A stretch of DNA of 61,793 nucleotides, counting the filler, from Choristocarpus tenellus KU-1152 (taxonomy: Eukaryota; Protista; Phaeophyceae): assembly GCA_964200185.2 (NCBI GenBank). It is 5 parts of 5 records of this genome, joined end to end, with 100 filler letters (N's around TTAATTAATTAA, not from the genome) between each part and the next. Parts side by side here need not be neighbours in the genome. Positions count along the whole stretch, not along the records: positions 1 to 20,844 come from CAXNAD020000373.1; positions 20,945 to 38,556 come from CAXNAD020000652.1; 3 more parts are not named here. One strand, 5' to 3'. The notes under the pieces are model-generated. The model was not told where the DNA came from. It made no database searches and saw only the letters and a program-made list of their open reading frames with translations. Both the position numbers and the translations under genes were made by a program. Position 1 is the stretch's first letter. Every line of letters begins with the position of its first letter. Below, piece by piece: positions 13,101-24,215 of the stretch.

Positions 13101-16100
13101 TGCACTTACCTGCACTGTTGTCATTAGATGTAGAATGGCCTCCAATAGTAAGATAGGTTGATTCTCGAATATATATTGCACCTCCATTTGATCCTGGAAT
13201 CATTTCAAGGTGATGCAGGAAAAAAAATCAAATATCCTTTTTTCATCAAGTTGACCCCGACTGACACAGATGGAAATTTGAAGTCTACAAATATTTCTAC
13301 AAAAATGGACATGGTTCTATATTAAACAAACAACGAGATGTGTAAAATATTAGTGAAGGGGTTCCTTGTGGGAATTGGATTTATTTATCCATCCTCCAAT
13401 AGTTAAATATCGCAAGAGTGAGAAAACATTGACAATGAAACTCAACTCAGACAGTCACTCCAGAAATAGCCTAGGTCTCGTGGCTGCCAAGAGAAAACAC
13501 ATCTACCAGCGACCTTTTGAACAATTTGAAAAAGAATTATGAAGCAAATTGCATTCTTATGAAGTTACGTTTAGATGGTACTGGGGACAGACAGGTAACA
13601 AACAAGAAACTACATTCAGACTTTAATAATTATCAGTCTAGAACGCATCTGCATATACACATTTTTCGGAGAGTAGAATAGTTGTACTGGAGAGCATCAG
13701 TTGAGGTGGGTGCAGCAGGACACACACCTCAGACAAAACAATTGGAAGCGCGTAAAAGAGTTGCAAATACCAAATCTGCATTGAAAAGTGATAACAACCA
13801 GAAATCAGCCAACCCCAGTTCCATTCCGTCCTTATTTGTAGATCAACATTGATACATACATTTTGCTCAGATATTAAACACAAACACATGCCCTTTCCTG
13901 CATTGTTATTAGGAAAGATGGAAATGCCGTCAAAGTTGAGAATGAATGATGTGGAAGCATAAACACTCCTTAAGGACTATCTGGAAATGTGCCAAAGAGC
14001 TACAGGAGGAGATTCGAAATTAGTATCTACTTCAGAACACATCTCTACAATGGAATTCAAAATATGTAGCCAGAATGTGGAGATGGTGAAGGAGGTTCGT
14101 TAGGGGGGTTAGGTTCGTGCACAAATCCTTGAACAGTACAGATGTGTCCAAACCTTTTCAATATTGAAGCAATGAATGATATAGACTGTACATGAGTCAC
14201 TGAGGAAGCAGTCAAGAATTGAAACCGTAAAAGGGAAAGACATACATCAGTAAACCTCTACAACACGTTGAATTGCAACTGTAAGAACATCCCCAAAAAT
14301 CTGGTCATGCCATACCCTTCAATTGGTTCTGCACATAAAGTGTAAATTATCTGGTTCAACTTCAATATTGGTCAATCGTAACCGAATCTACGTGTATACT
14401 TTCGAGGAGGAGAGTAGAATAGTAGCACAGGAAGGTATCAATTGAGTTGGGTGTGGTGTTATAGTGGTTGAGTTGTGGATGTCCAACAGATTTCTAGTAA
14501 CCAATTCTGTACTTCAAAGTAGACATAATCACAGTTCACCCAACTTTTGTTGAACTCCATGCTGAACTGAACGAAGAAATTGACATAATAAATTTTCTCA
14601 TTGATGATAGACAGAACACATGGACTTACCTGCGCTATTATTGTAAAAGGTGGAATTGCCTTCCATGATGAGCATGGAATGGATCCGAGAATATATAGCC
14701 CCTCCAGTATCAGCTGGAATTATGTTGAAGTGATACACAGATCGGATTCGAAATTCAGTTCCACCTCTCAGAAAATAGAACCCATACTTTAGGACAAGAA
14801 TGTGGAGATGGGTACAGAATAGGTAAATATGTTCCTATTGAGGATTAGGTTCATTAAGCTACTCCAGAATAGTTCAGAAGTGTCCCAAGATCACCAGCAT
14901 TGAGCCGATGGATGAAGTTCAGTGTATACAGGTCACTCCACAAAAGGTAGGAGACTCAAAACATTCAAACAGAACTTCATATACCAGCATCCGTTCAAAC
15001 AAAGAACATGCCATTACTTTAAGTTGGTGTTGAAGCAAAGCTAAAATCTATTATCTTAACCAAAATACATTATCTTAACCATAATGTAAATCATTCTCGA
15101 CCCAATCTTCATATACATTTCGAGAAAGGGAGTTAAAGAGTAGGTTTGGAGGGTATCATCTGAGTTGCATGAGATATTACTATGGTCGAGTTGCGAATAT
15201 CTAGCAGATTTCTCATATCAAATTCTTCATTTGAGAGGTGGCATCTATATAGTCTACTGCGCTCGTTTCACTTCATGCATAGCTCTACAAAGACATTGGC
15301 AATAGCAATGGCAATGGTAGGAAGAAGTAGGTAGCGGGTAGTTCGAATCAAGGAACCGAATTTAGTGGATTGGCATTGCCTCTATATACACCCCAGAAGA
15401 AATACACAGTACATGACGGTATGGGAGATGTACTACGGTTGGAAAAGGTAAAGGTAGAATACCCACTGCCAAAGAGCAAAAATGTGGTATATTCTCTCAT
15501 CCCTCATTCAAAGGTTAAATGCAAAAAGGATTCCAGAGTTCTATACATGCAGTAAAGAGCCTCTAAAGGATCCTTCATAAGAGCAAAACAGTTATCTCTG
15601 GTGTGGAACTACATCGTCCTCACACTCACAAGCGGTGTTGCTAACAAAGGTGGCATTGCCTTTGGAATAGATGGAGCTATTTTGTTCTGCATACATAGCT
15701 CCTCCATCATCATCTGCAATTAAGAGAAATGATTTCAGTGGAAGGTGTGCAATCGATTTTTCTGTTGGACTGTTGCCATCAGAAATTATTGTTTAGGGCG
15801 TATTCACATGAAAAAACAAGTTTATCGATATTGAGGCAGTGAATTAATCTTGAGGTTTTCAGGTCACTTCAGAAACAGCATGAGACTTGAAAGTGTCTAA
15901 GGGATATGCATACAGCAATACGCGTTTCAACAAGTTAAATTGCAACATAAAAAAATAGTTCAAAAATTCTGTTTCTGCCTTTGCTTTCAATTGGTGCTGG
16001 AAGAAAGTCTGAACTGATTCAAGATTTATATGACAATCATGATCTGAACTACGTTTTTTTTTTCAAGGAGATCAAAACGTAGGACTGGAGGGCAACAAAC

Positions 16101-19100
16101 AAGGTGGGTGTGGAGTTACAATGGTGGAGTTACGATATTTAAGCTGAGCAGTGGTCAGCATTTTTGTAGTATAGAGAGAATCTCAACATAGTTTACTCAC
16201 ACTGATTCCACACCATGCTCAGCCATGCAAAGACATTGGCAATGGTGATGGAAATAGTAGAAAGAAAGAGGTAGAGAATATTTCAATAGGACAGAAATAT
16301 GATGTATCTCATGCTGTTCAGCAGATAACAAATATCAATGAACATCTATGTTACGCTTTAGACTAGTGCATCAGAGTAGAAAAGATACATTATGGCTGGG
16401 ATCACCTTCTATACTGGACTAAGCATGCTTTGTGTGCAACCACATCGACCTTGCACTCACTTGCAGCATTTCTTGCGAAGGCGACAGTGCCTTCAGAGAC
16501 AATTGTCGAAATATTCGCTGCAGCTATAGCTCCTCCATCTATCTCTGTGAGCATTTTAGAAATATTGGAGCAGAGAATATTGAGTCAGCTTTGATGGGTA
16601 TTCTAGATACCACTCCTTCGAGTTTTCACATACTGGAAATAAGATCAATAAAATGCAACTCAGATTAGAACTACTACAACAAAGTATCCTACATCCTTCA
16701 GAACTTCAATACATTTCTTGTACTCTACTAAATCAACCCCTCGAATATCCTTCAACCTACTTGCTGTGTTACTTTCAAAGGAGAACACCCCTGGCATGCT
16801 CAGATTGCTTAACTCGGAGATTTGAATAGCTCCTCCACTTGAACCTGCCAAATTTGAAGAGACGGACCTTACCATTAATAGTGTAGATATATTTTCTGTG
16901 GAATGGTGTTCATTATTGGAGCATGTCATGCAAAACGAGACCATAAATGCCGTATGGTATGGCAAGGATAATGCTAACATCTGCAGAAAATTTCTCAACT
17001 ATTATACAGTTCAACAATTGCAACAAATTCACGTCGTCGTTATAGTTTGGATCAGTCCACAATGCATCATATCGGATTAGCAACTGGTGGCATAAGTGCA
17101 CAGAAGTGGTGGTCAGCTTTGAGGACGAGTTTCAAGGATGTGTACCTACATGTCAATGTGGTGCTGATGCAACAAGCTGCAGTACACAGAAGAACTAAGC
17201 AGAGGATCAACCATTTCGCTCTTTGACCTTTTTGGGCAGTGTTCTCTTACTCTTTTGTGATTATTTTGTTATGCAACATTTGACTTATAGCATTGAATAG
17301 TGAATTGTGGATTGTTAGGCCTTATCAAATATACCCCCTCATCTGTTAAACATGCATGCCATTAGTATACCTGACTCACTAGATGACACTGAGACAGTCT
17401 CCTATTCCACCGATATTGAGAACAGATGGCATACATGCCACTGACTCTAATTTCATTTCCTGCTGGGCAAGGATATTTTTCAATTGATGAAAGACACAAC
17501 TCACGGACTTACCAGCACTGTTGCCATAAAAGGTGGAAATGCCTCCGAAGTTGAGAATTGTTGAGACATTCGCAAATACTGCTCCTCCATATCCGTCTGC
17601 AATTGTGTTGAGGTGTTGTAGGAGTGTATTTCAACTTATAGTTTTGATGCCTTAGGAAACAGACCTTACACTCTTCGGACAGATTGCGGAGAAGGGCAAA
17701 GAATAGGTGAGTTTCTCATGTAAATTATGTTGAGCCTTCTATTCCTGATTAGATCAAATTTGTCCGAAATTCATTAATATTGAGACTAAGAATTCAGAAA
17801 CAGCTTAGCACTTGAGACTGATAAAGAGAATGGTATATATCAGCAACCTTTTTTTTGAGTTTGAATCATAGCTTTAAAAATTATTTCAAAAATTCCGATC
17901 ATATCATTGCTTCGATCGATGCAAAAACGTTGTGTAAATCAACTATTCCAATTGGAAAGATGTAAGTCCTCACTGTATCTGTTCTAGTTTTTCTGAAGAG
18001 GGAAGTGGTCAATGTAAATTAGAGGCGCCCATAGTTTCACTTGAAAGATGCCTGTATAAATGTGTATAATTCAGCTTTTTCTAGAAATACGTATAGGATA
18101 TACGCTGAAATGTGTTGCAAAGTTTCAAGCAGTAGAGAAATCAGTCATCTAAAGTCAAACTTAGAGTTTCATCAATTGAAATATGGGTAAATTACAAAAT
18201 ATAGAAAAATTGCCTTGATTTAAAACGGCCAAACTGGATACCTCTCTCATACTTTGGCTCAGTAAAACATTTACATTTGAGGGCATGTCTAGTGGTGGGT
18301 GTAGAGTGAAAACGGCTGAGTTGGAGAAGTCTAACTGATTAAGAGTAGTCAACTCTGAATTGTAGGGTCAACAGCAACACAGTTCATCCACACTTGTTCC
18401 ATTCAATGCTGAACTGTAGAAGGACTTTGGCAACATTAGTTTTGCAAAGGGAAAAAATTTTGGATCAACTTTAACTATTGGAGGGGCCTTCTACTATCAC
18501 CATTGAAGTGAGGTAGAATTGTAAGACTGGACTGTGAGGCAGGGGAATCTGTAGACCGAAAGAGATCTGAAAGTGTGCTGGCCATGCAGCTTCTTCTTGG
18601 AGACGAATGATCCCTAGTTTTGGGTGAGAGTTGCAAGTTTTTCTCACTCTATACCTAGGATTATATTCCGCCAACAGCTTCAGTAGCAGATGCAAGTAAC
18701 GGGAGAATGTTCCACATGAAGCCTCCTATGCCGTCGCTCTTTTTACGGGGAAGTATGTGAGAGCCAGAACAGGGTCTGTCAAGAGGGTTCTTTAATGAAA
18801 TGGGTAGTGGTTTCAAGGCAACACAGAGAGGAATCAATTACCCTTCCCCCTCTAAATACCCACAAAGAAAGCTGGGCAATCTCACTACAGGTAATATTAA
18901 TGTCAAACTACCATGGAAAATGCGCTAAGAATGGGTGAACAAATTCCTCACTGACACTACCATGTCTAACCGCATAACTAGTCCATTTTGAACAAGTAAT
19001 GTGAGTAGATGTATGGGCTGTAATACCCGTGGTATGTCGGGTAATCGAGTACTTTATCATCGATGATCATGTAAACTGAACGCATAGTTGATACATACGT

Positions 19101-19933
19101 CCTTCATCTCACTCCCGAAGCCGTCGACTTCGACATCGACACCATCCAATTCTAAATTTCTGTGTACTTGAATTACGTCAACTTCAATAAACAATATTTC
19201 AAATGTATGGCGTGATCAAGATTCATTCTTAGACGCTACACATACTTCCCCACCAAAGGCGTTGGCTACTGAGTGTAAAGTGTTGAGTATTGGTAATCAT
19301 ATCCTGGATAGATTAATGTCGTGAGACTGAGAACTGCCGCTAGGTGCTTTCATTTTAGAATTTCAGGACAGAGCCAAAAAAAAATCATCTTCCTAGAAGC
19401 CAAGACTTCTTCCTATCTTCACCTGCATGGTTATTTCTCCAACTTGACTCGCCCTTAAACGTGATATTTGTTGACGCACTAGATATCGCTCCGCCATTGT
19501 CCCTACGCATATTTTGTTCGAATGAGCAGCTTTCCACTGTCATACTCGAGTCCGAGGCATAAATCGCCCCACCCGACCCCGTAGAATTTCCGTTCGACAA
19601 AGTAAGGTCGAAAAGGTGCAATTCAGACCCAGACACAGAAAAGAGTTGATGGACGTTGCCTCCATCAACCACCGATGTTGAATCGCCGCTGCCGCAAATG
19701 CTAAGTTTGACACCGTCAAGAACGACAATCGTAAGGTCAATTACAATATGCCCTCGCCAGATCACCACAAAGGTTTCTTGACTCGAGTTTGTCAAATTTT
19801 GAACCAATAGGTTGGCGTCATCTGCATCCTCTACGATGAAGTCTGAGGGAGTCGAGCACAGCGTACCCAGTCCCCTCTCTGCTGTCAGCAGGAGTAAGGC
19901 AAAAATTGCGAACAAGTGAATCACCAAAGACAT
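1157..19933 (-). CDS. Polymorphic-membrane-protein-like (GGA[I/V]...FxxN beta-helix) cell-surface protein with Cys-rich stalk and multi-pass TM C-terminus, ~1132 aa, 14 exons
   Basis: Exons: 19423-19933, 17513-17596, 16761-16844, 16461-16544, 15630-15713, 14630-14713, 13110-13193, 12280-12363, 10033-10116, 6711-7139, 6161-6378, 4366-4630, 3639-3904, 1157-2194. Total 3399 nt, open and phase-consistent; AG acceptors and GT donors except one GC donor. Signal peptide MSLVIHLFAIFALLLL; many GGAI/FxxN repeats; Cys-rich region (CHECPACSDC...GYWR...CAVCDDGF); TM region with WQIITQF, FQTFAC, YLRADYSLEC and YFELVDLGRR motifs. Confidence 0.85.
7818..7893 (-). pseudogene. Decayed repeat exon (76 nt, frameshifted) of the Pmp-like gene
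   Basis: ctgcag|AG AAC ATA GGA GGA AGA ATT has the same start spacing as the live exons (ENIGGRI). It ends ...ATG ACA ATA AGC AAT ACA ACT TTC AAT ATA TCT G|gtagat (MTISNTTFNISG) in a different frame. Confidence 0.6.
8444..8625 (+). mobile_element. MITE family B (~180 bp), complete copy
   Basis: TIRs GACTCAAAGTATCTGGGGG ... CCCCCAGATACTTTGTGTC; flanks aagt/gagt; interior matches the partial copy at 38657-38761. Confidence 0.8.
8780..9500 (+). repeat. Old dispersed AT-rich repeat (family D), colinear with 45540-46560; boundaries approximate
   Basis: Shared anchors in the same order: aaatcaaatcc..gcgtacaaa, ttctgagagtggtgtggga, aattactgtatttt, gtacatcttcac..cttcacayacaaatatt. Confidence 0.6.
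10797..11055 (+). mobile_element. MITE family A copy (intronic)
   Basis: gagtcaaattatcttagagggta ... caccctctaagatacttt; internal hairpin cctactcc..ggagtagg. Confidence 0.85.
13110..18540 (-). repeat. Tandemly duplicated exon+intron units (~0.7-1.1 kb period) of the Pmp-like gene
   Basis: Introns share homologous blocks (e.g. 14435-14560, 15150-15300, 16090-16240, 18280-18430). The segments at 13981-14270, 14714-14990 and 17597-17850 also resemble each other (gaatgtggagatgg, gaataggt, tgtcc..aatattga). Confidence 0.75.
13898..13980 (-). pseudogene. Decayed repeat exon (83 nt; stop, 1-nt deletion, donor GT>GA)
   Basis: ttccag|AT AGT CCT TAA GGA... The 3' frame reads VYASTSFILNFDGISIFPNNNAG, close to live exon 17513-17596 (VFANVSTILNFGGISTFYGNSAG), and it is followed by GAAAGG instead of GTAAG. 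Confidence 0.8.
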
Positions 19934-20689
19934 CACGATCGCAACGTCATCCACACTTAAGTCTGCTGTTTTCCACCACAACAGCCTAGGATCCGTGACT
20001 AGTGAGTGTTTAGAAGAACTGACTTGTGTGATAAACTATAACATAACCTGAATTCCTTAGACTATTGATTGGGATGACGGGTTAGAGAGATGAGTTTCGT
20101 AAAGGTTGGGTATGATGAAAGTAAGAATCATGAATTAAACTGTAAACACGTGAATTGAGAAGTCCTTTTTGTATAATCTCGCACACCACATTTTGTTGAT
20201 ATGACTTGTAGCTATATCGATTAATCCACAAGAACCAGAATTGACCAGTAAGAACGATTGTCAGAACAGAGATCCAATTCCGATGCTTACTCAACCATTT
20301 TCCTACTGTGATGTTGCTCCGTTATAGTACAACATCTACTATACGCTAAGGTTTTGGTTCTGTTCTGAATTTTATTAACTGACGTTATATTAATGAGGGA
20401 AGATCTGTAAACTTCATCTGTGACATGCGAAGACTCTGTCAATGCTAGCCTCAAAGACGTTTCGGTTTCTAATCCTATGGACAGAGATTTTCCGCAATAG
20501 GTTTGATATACGTCATAAACTGAAGAAGGGTGTTGGAGTTTTTTCGTGGCAAGTGACTTGAGTCAATTGAAGTTTTTGTACATGCGTGAATTAACCAACT
20601 CTGATAATGATCACTTCTGCTCCCTACAGGGACAAAGGTCTCCTCCTGGACATCACCTTCGCAGAGGTACAGGCCACCTCCCACCTCAC

Positions 20690-20844
20690 TCATTCACCCG
20701 CTAGCAATGGTGTAGCTGCTGCTGCAGCTGAGGCGCACCCACTACGAGGGCTCCTTTGATCTTCGTAGTTATAACCTCAACACCTTTGCGGTGGAAAGTT
20801 TTGGGCGCCTCGGCAAGCAAGCGGAAAGCTTCCTAGATGAGCTG
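20690..20844 (+). mobile_element. Restriction-like endonuclease C-terminal fragment of a CRE-like non-LTR retrotransposon, cut by contig end
   Basis: Translates (with a frameshift) as SNGVAAAAAEA..HYEGSFDLRSYNLNTFAVESFGRLGKQAESFLDEL; homologous to 21620-21770 on the minus strand. Confidence 0.65.
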
Positions 20845-20944
20845 NNNNNNNNNNNNNNNNNNNNNNNNNNNNNNNNNNNNNNNNNNNNTTAATTAATTAA
20901 NNNNNNNNNNNNNNNNNNNNNNNNNNNNNNNNNNNNNNNNNNNN
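20845..20944. other. Artificial contig linker (N44-TTAATTAATTAA-N44)
   Basis: Six-frame stop 12-mer in symmetric N runs; identical at four sites. Confidence 0.97.
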
Positions 20945-20993
20945 ATTAATAAAAAGCTCTCGTAATCGTTTCCATCCTATCCATGAAGCTTAT

Positions 20994-21131
20994 GATTCAT
21001 TTCCCAGCTCACCACGATTAATTAGTCGCTTCGACGATTCATTTCCCAGCTCACCACGGTTAGTTTGTCGCTTCGACGATTCATTTCCCAGCTCACCACG
21101 GTTAGTTAGTCGCTTCGACGATTCATTTCCC
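20994..21131 (+). repeat. 42-bp tandem minisatellite, 3.3 units
   Basis: gattcatttcccagctcaccacgRttaRttWgtcgcttcgac starting at 20994, 21036 and 21078, partial at 21120. Confidence 0.95.
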
Positions 21132-21599
21132 GGTTTTGAAGCAAGTGATACGAAATAATATTTTGAACCACATCAATTTTGTTCTGCTTGCATGCCCATG
21201 GGTGAACAAAATCAGGTAACCTATTGTATATCGACGTGTAAAGTTAAGAAACAAACTTGAATCAATATCTAGTGAATTCTTATCGCACATACTATGTATG
21301 TTGGACAGATATCCACTTTTCCATACTTTCGTATGCACCCTATCAATATAACAGTAATTGGCAATCCTATGTATGTTTTTATTATGCTCTTCTAGCATGT
21401 ATTAGATATTGTTTTTTTAATGAAAATCATTCAAATGTCACAAAAATCCCCCAAAAAGTAACAGTTGTCAAAAATCCTATTTATCATTGACGCGTTAAAT
21501 GATTTAAATGTGACTAACGACCAGTGCCGATCGATGTGGGAGTCAACAGTTTGTATGAAGTGGTAATATTGGATGGTTTGAATGACACAAAAGATCAGT

Positions 21600-23400
21600 A
21601 GGGTATGTTTCAACACCATTTGCTTACGAGGGTGTCGAAAACTTTCCAATCCTAATATGTTGTTGAGATCACAACTCGAGGGTCAAAGGATCGCTCGAAG
21701 TGGGTGCGCTATTGCACCTCGGCTGAAGCAGCAGGCGTACCATTCGTGATGGATGAATGCTGTAAGTGACAGGCTACTTGGAACTCCTAAAGAGCAACAT
21801 ACAGAAGGAGTTGTCCCCTCGACCTAGGGCAGATGTGGGCATCTTGGGCATTGACAGTGCCTCCTCCCTCCCTGGAGATCTGCTGGTGATGGCGAATTAA
21901 AAATATATTACATGGCAATAATCCGGTGTCCTGGTTCGAAGGGTTGTGTGGAGGCCCATGAGTTGGGCCCTTGCCCACACTGCCTCTCTGGTGGGAGGCT
22001 AGTCCTAGCGAAGGACTTTCCCTCAGCTGTTCCTCTGCATCATCCACAGGGTTGGCCAGTTGCGTTGAAAGGAGTCAAATTGAATCCTGTTCAGAAAGCA
22101 GGTGATTTCGTGGTGTGCCCTATTCGTGATTCTGGCATCATGAGCCGCCATAGTGTGGACCCCCAGAACGGAAACGGGGTTTGTTATTCCTTCCCAGTCT
22201 ACCCAGTCTTGACAAATATTTCCCAAGTCCTCTGAAGGGACTCCTGAAGAAAGAAGGGTGTGGATCAATGATCCTAGGACTGGCACAAATGACCTGGATC
22301 AAACCCCTCCATGGGGCCTTTGCTGCCATGCTAGAAGGATGGGGAGAGTGGCCACTTGCAATCCCACAAAAGCTGCACACTAGCGGTATCTCATAGAGGA
22401 AAGGCCTAGACCCCCTGAAATTGTGGGCATCTGAGCCCGCACTTATTGGGGTGTTTCAAGGCAAAGAGATCAATTTTCGCACACCCCATCAAATACCTCA
22501 GTGACCCCAGCTGAGGCTGTTACCTCAATTGCTGTCTCCAGAGTCCACAGCAAGGTGATGTGAAATTGTTCCATGGTGGAGCATGCCAGGTGGGGTGGGA
22601 ATGACCCTCACCAAATAACCCAAACAGGAAGAGGGAGACCAGGATATGAGGAGCCAGGTAACCTGTTTATCCTCTTATCTCTGTCAGGTGTGTAGTCAGC
22701 ATTTGTGAGGTTGCGCTCTCGACCGCCCCAGCCATGCGGGCTTGAATAGATTTTTCTTTTCTAACAGAGCCCCTAGTACGACAAAACTATTTGGATTCGG
22801 AGCCAGCTTAATTCCTACCGTAGCTAGGAGTTCCAGCTCCAAGAGCGTGGTCTGGTGGCCCCAAGGTGGTGCAGCATAGGTCTTGTACATGTTTATTACT
22901 ATGCCCACCTCATACAGGTCCGTTTCCAACTGCTCAAAAGGAGCTATAGGAGTGGAAATCGTCTCCTTTGTGGAGGTAGATGTGTCATCCAGGAAGCTTT
23001 GGGAGGAAATCCCCTGAGTTCTAAAGGTGGACTGGACCTGCTATAGACCTTTCCTATAGCCATGCAGTAGAGTGTGGGGCCAAGGGGATCTCGTTGTTGT
23101 AGTCCTGTCCTTGAAGGTGTTATTTTCATCCCTCCCTCATCTATTCGGAAAAGAGTATCACAGGTACCCCTGTATACGTTGGCTGCATGAGGCAGGAGTG
23201 CTGGTAGGACCTTAGAGATGGCCAAGATGAAAGACAAGTGGTGTACGCTGTTGAAATCGTCTTTCGCATCTCCACGAATGTCCAGCAGAGGATGCTCAAC
23301 CACGTTTGGGACCCCAACTCCAAGCTGCCTCCAATCTCCAAAATGTTCCTTGAGGTAGGGGTGCTAGTCTGCGCAATAGGCTGAGGCACATGCCCTTACG
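21600..23400 (-). mobile_element. Decayed non-LTR retrotransposon (CRE/SLACS-like RT + REL endonuclease)
   Basis: RT motifs spread across frameshifts: QLGVG, DAKDDFNSV, SRTGLQQRDPLGP (QGDPLGP), FLDD. Downstream REL-like NGTPAASAEVQ*RTHFERSFDP...ESF. Multiple stops and frameshifts. Confidence 0.8.
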
Positions 23401-23699
23401 AAGAAACAGCCACATGTGACTGGACGACACTTATCTCCAATTGATGACAGTCTGGAAATTGTGATGAGTATGTAAAAGTCGTAAGGTGAAGAGTCTGGGG
23501 AGGTGTAGGCAAACTCCCATACCTTGGCAAACGCTTTATTTAATGGAATTCGGTTTAGTAGCCAATATGGTATGACTGAGAACACAAATACTGACGGTAT
23601 ATGAAATTCCTTGTACTGTTCGGGGTAAATGCATACATTATAGCATTATACTGCCCCATCAACCTATATCCTACTGAACGGAATTCCAGACTGTATATT

Positions 23700-24215
23700 T
23701 TATTATTATTATGCTCTCTGACACTTTGCAGATGTGTGTGTCAGAGGCAAAACCGATGAAAAACCATTCAAACGTCCACAGAACCCCTAAAAAAGTAATA
23801 TTTGTCGTAAAATTTGAAAGACATTTTTCTATAATCTATTTTAAAGACAGCTATACTACACTGCTGCCCTCCCGTGCCTCCAACCTAGCTTAGTCCTGCA
23901 CCCCAGGATGAAGAGCTAGGGAAGCATCCCAAGAATCTAATAAGCCCCTCCTTGCCCATCTCCCTGATGTCACCAGCCTAAAACGCATGACACGTCTAGA
24001 TAGCTCTACTTGTGTTGTGGCAGATACTATCTGTTGTAGACAGGATTTGACAGCCACTTTCCTGATGTAACCTCCTGCCCCTCTCCCCCCAATATTACTA
24101 TGCCATCTGACACTTTACAGATGTGTCAGGGGAAAAGCCAATTTCAATGTCATAAGAACTCCTGTAAAAGTAAAAGTTATCGTAGATGAGAACGCTATTT
24201 TTCTATAGTGTATAT
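23700..24215 (+). repeat. Two diverged ~130-bp copies (23700-23840, 24092-24215) of repeat family C; partial third copy at ~21420-21480
   Basis: Shared tctgacacttt.cagatgtg..tcag hairpin and ..gaac.cct..aaaagtaa..t.tcgta. Confidence 0.6.

Noticed and set aside
1157-19933. Bacterial (Chlamydia Pmp) gene or contamination
   Set aside because: Thirteen spliceosomal introns, host TEs in the introns, and helical TM segments instead of an autotransporter barrel.
20845-20944. TTAATTAATTAA motif (also at 38601, 55359, 59107) as a biological site
   Set aside because: Always centred in 44+44 Ns: an artificial six-frame-stop linker.
20994-21131. 42-bp periodic array as a CRISPR
   Set aside because: Units are contiguous and near-identical with no unique spacers; eukaryotic context; no cas genes.
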